DNA of 19,862 nucleotides from Candidatus Krumholzibacteriota bacterium (GTDB taxonomy: Bacteria > Krumholzibacteriota > Krumholzibacteriia > JAJRXK01). This document shows, piece after piece, positions 17,718 through 19,862 of this stretch. Positions within the stretch are counted from its first letter, which is position 1, and every line of letters begins with the position of its first letter. The translations under genes and the position numbers were made by a program. Where the stretch lies: assembly GCA_963806035.1 (NCBI GenBank), contig CAWDWO010000041.1:1-19862 (forward strand), given 5' to 3'. The notes beneath the pieces are model-generated. The model was given only the letters and a program-made list of their open reading frames with translations. It had not been told where the DNA came from and searched no databases.

Positions 17718-18302
17718 GTGGCTTCGATTTCCAGAGAACAAGTGCGGCAACTCGTCGAGCAGGCTCTTAGCGAGTTCGCGCCCGAGGCTTCGGGCGGCAG
17801 CCCGCAGCCCTTCAGCGGCATGCCGGGCGTGCTCAAACCGGGCGCGGCCAAGCGGGTGGCCATCGGCAGCGATCACGGCGGCTTCGCTCTGAAGAGACGG
17901 CTCAAGGAGGTGCTGGCCGAGGCGGGCTACGAGGCGGTCGACGTGGGCACCCACAGCCAAGAGTCCTGCGACTATCCCGACTTCGCGATCAAGGTGGGCC
18001 AGCAGATTCAGGCCGGAGCCTGCCGCTTCGGCGTGATGATCGACGGCGCGGGCATCGGCAGCGCCATGGCGCTGAACAAAATGCGCGGAGTGCGCGCCGC
18101 CACCGTACACAACGAAGCGACCGCGACCAACAGCCGCGAACACAACGACGCCAACGTACTGGTGCTGGGAAGCGCGCAAATTCATCCCGGACACGCCAGC
18201 CGCATTCTGAAAATTTGGCTACGCACGGATCATTCCGGAGGACGACACGCGCGACGCGTGGCCAAGATCGACGCTTTGGACGATCTACCGCCCCGCGCGT
18301 GA
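17718..18302 (+). CDS. rpiB: RpiB/LacAB-family sugar-phosphate isomerase with an N-terminal extension
   Basis: RBS GAGAGGA and GTG 17718. Motifs AIGSDHGG, DYPDFA, IDGAGIGS, REHNDANVL and GGRHARRV, preceded by about 45 extra N-terminal residues. Confidence 0.88.
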   Translation: MASISREQVRQLVEQALSEFAPEASGGSPQPFSGMPGVLKPGAAKRVAIGSDHGGFALKRRLKEVLAEAGYEAVDVGTHSQESCDYPDFAIKVGQQIQAGACRFGVMIDGAGIGSAMALNKMRGVRAATVHNEATATNSREHNDANVLVLGSAQIHPGHASRILKIWLRTDHSGGRHARRVAKIDALDDLPPRA

Positions 18303-18323
18303 GAGAGGACTGGAGGAGGCGTG

Positions 18324-18986
18324 ATGACGACAGCCAACCGAGACAAGCAACCGTTCTTCCTCGCCATTGCCGGTAACATCGGAGTGGGAAAGACACTCGT
18401 CACCGATCTACTGGGTGAACGTCTGGGCTGGGACACCTACTACGAACCGGTCGCGGACAACCCCTATCTCGACGACTTCTACGCCGACATGAAGCGCTAT
18501 AGCTTCCACTTACAGGTGTTCCTGCTCAGCAAGCGCTTCGCCTTGCAGCGCAAGATCCTGGAAAGCGGGCGCAGCGTGGTTCAGGACCGCACCATCTACG
18601 AGGACACCGAGATCTTCGCGCGCATCCTCTACCGGCGCGGCATGATGGACGAGCGCGACTATCACAACTACAAGGACCTCTTCGCCACCATGGTGAGCTA
18701 CCTGCGCGCTCCCGATCTCATTCTGTATCTGCGCGCGCAACCCGAGACCATCCTGAAGCGCATCCGCGCGCGCGGCCGCGACTGTGAGCTGCAGATCGAA
18801 GAGGACTACATTCGGGAATTGCACGAGAGCTACGAGCTGTGGGCCGAACGCATTCCCCTGATCTCACCTTTGCACGTGGTCAACACCGAAGAGCTCGATC
18901 TCAAGAACGACCGCAAGGCGCAGGACGAGCTGGTGGAAGTCATCCGCTCTCTTTCCCATCGCAAGGAAATGAAAGGCAAGGCCTGA
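18324..18986 (+). CDS. Deoxynucleoside kinase (dCK/dGK family)
   Basis: RBS GGAGGAGG, P-loop GNIGVGKT, EPV, QDRTIYED and lid RIRARGR. The start is ATG 18324 or GTG 18321. Confidence 0.92.
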   Translation: MTTANRDKQPFFLAIAGNIGVGKTLVTDLLGERLGWDTYYEPVADNPYLDDFYADMKRYSFHLQVFLLSKRFALQRKILESGRSVVQDRTIYEDTEIFARILYRRGMMDERDYHNYKDLFATMVSYLRAPDLILYLRAQPETILKRIRARGRDCELQIEEDYIRELHESYELWAERIPLISPLHVVNTEELDLKNDRKAQDELVEVIRSLSHRKEMKGKA

Positions 18987-19862
18987 TGACGGGTACCGTG
19001 CGACAGGATGGCTATCTGCGCGGGGATCTTCTGCGCGGAGAGGAGATCACGACCGAGCTCATCCGTGATCTGCCCAAGGTGGACCTGCACGTTCATCTCG
19101 ACGGCAGCGTGAGATTCTCCACCCTCGTCGAGCTCTACCGCGCCAAGGGTCTGGACCTTCCCGGAGGGAGCGAGGAGGGACTGCGGGAGCTCTTGAAGGG
19201 CACGGGCGAAAAGCCCACCCTGGCCGGCTACATCCCGCTCTTCGGAATCGTGCATCGCGTCCTGCAGGACGAAGTGTCGCTGCGGCGGGTGACCCGCGAA
19301 CTCGTGGCCGACTGCGCGGCGGAAAACGTCAAGCATCTCGAGATGCGGTTCAGCCCGGTGCTTCACTGCGAGGGTGAACTCAGCCCGGAGAGCGCGACCG
19401 ACGCGGTGCTGGCGGGCCTGATGGAGGGGCGCGAAGAAACCGGGATCTCGGCCGAGCTGGTCATTACCGGGCTGCGGCATCACTCGCCCGAGGAGACCCA
19501 TCGTCTGGCCGAACTGGCCGTGCAGTACAAGCGGCGCGGAGTGGTCGGTTTCGATCTGGCCGGAATCGAGATGGACAATCCGGCCAAGGAACACCGCGAG
19601 GCTTTCTATCTCATTCTGAACAACAACATCAACTGCACGGTACACGCGGGCGAGGAATTCGGGCCCCCCAGCATCCATCAGGCGCTGCACTACTTGGGCG
19701 CGCATCGTATCGGACACGGAACGCGTTTACTGGAAGACGTGAATCTGCTGCGTTACGTGGCGAACCACCGCATTCCCCTGGAGGTGGGTCTGAGCAGTAG
19801 CGTGCGCACCGGAGCGGTGGAGAAAGTCGACCAACATCCACTGCGGCGTTTTTTGCGACACG
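18986..19862 (+). CDS. add: Adenosine deaminase (3' end beyond the window)
   Basis: Not in the ORF track because it has no stop in the window. TGATG overlap with the kinase gene; motifs LPKVDLHVHLDGS, EMRFSP, GFDLAG, TVHAGE and RIGHG. Confidence 0.93.
   Translation, partial: MTGTVRQDGYLRGDLLRGEEITTELIRDLPKVDLHVHLDGSVRFSTLVELYRAKGLDLPGGSEEGLRELLKGTGEKPTLAGYIPLFGIVHRVLQDEVSLRRVTRELVADCAAENVKHLEMRFSPVLHCEGELSPESATDAVLAGLMEGREETGISAELVITGLRHHSPEETHRLAELAVQYKRRGVVGFDLAGIEMDNPAKEHREAFYLILNNNINCTVHAGEEFGPPSIHQALHYLGAHRIGHGTRLLEDVNLLRYVANHRIPLEVGLSSSVRTGAVEKVDQHPLRRFLRH

Noticed and set aside
18830..19717. 295-aa minus-strand ORF
   Set aside because: It is antisense to adenosine deaminase, which has all catalytic motifs expected in the sequenced part.
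1..19862. CRISPR arrays, tRNA/rRNA genes, transposases, defence genes
   Set aside because: No regularly spaced repeats, RNA gene signatures or mobile-element motifs were recognised by eye.

Overview
This is a high-GC bacterial chromosomal window. The gene content (FlgD-like C-terminal domain, PorV/PorQ-family barrel, CarboxypepD-type TonB-dependent receptor, 'S-x-G-x-x-K-x-x-F-R' C-terminal tail) suggests an FCB-related lineage such as Eisenbacteria, Krumholzibacteriota or Latescibacterota; that placement is inference. In order it holds: a decayed FlgD/CTD gene fragment and a secreted beta-helix protein in a visibly lower-GC segment; a CPA1 Na+/H+ antiporter; a chalcone-isomerase-like exported protein; a HAMP-SpoIIE phosphatase split by two indels; an ECF sigma / zf-HC2 anti-sigma (one indel) / LiaF-like membrane protein operon with an ECF-type promoter and a terminator; an outer-membrane beta-barrel plus folB; miaE; a coupled lipoprotein / TonB-dependent receptor / PorV-PorQ / NHL lipoprotein cassette; and an rpiB-like / deoxynucleoside kinase / adenosine deaminase operon that runs off the end. 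The best lead is the RpiB. It carries an N-terminal helix resembling a microcompartment encapsulation peptide, has Asp in place of the catalytic Cys, and sits with deoxynucleoside salvage genes, which points to a possible satellite locus of a sugar-phosphate/DNA-catabolism microcompartment. Four apparent single-base indels suggest long-read assembly errors. No rRNA, tRNA, CRISPR array or transposase was recognised.
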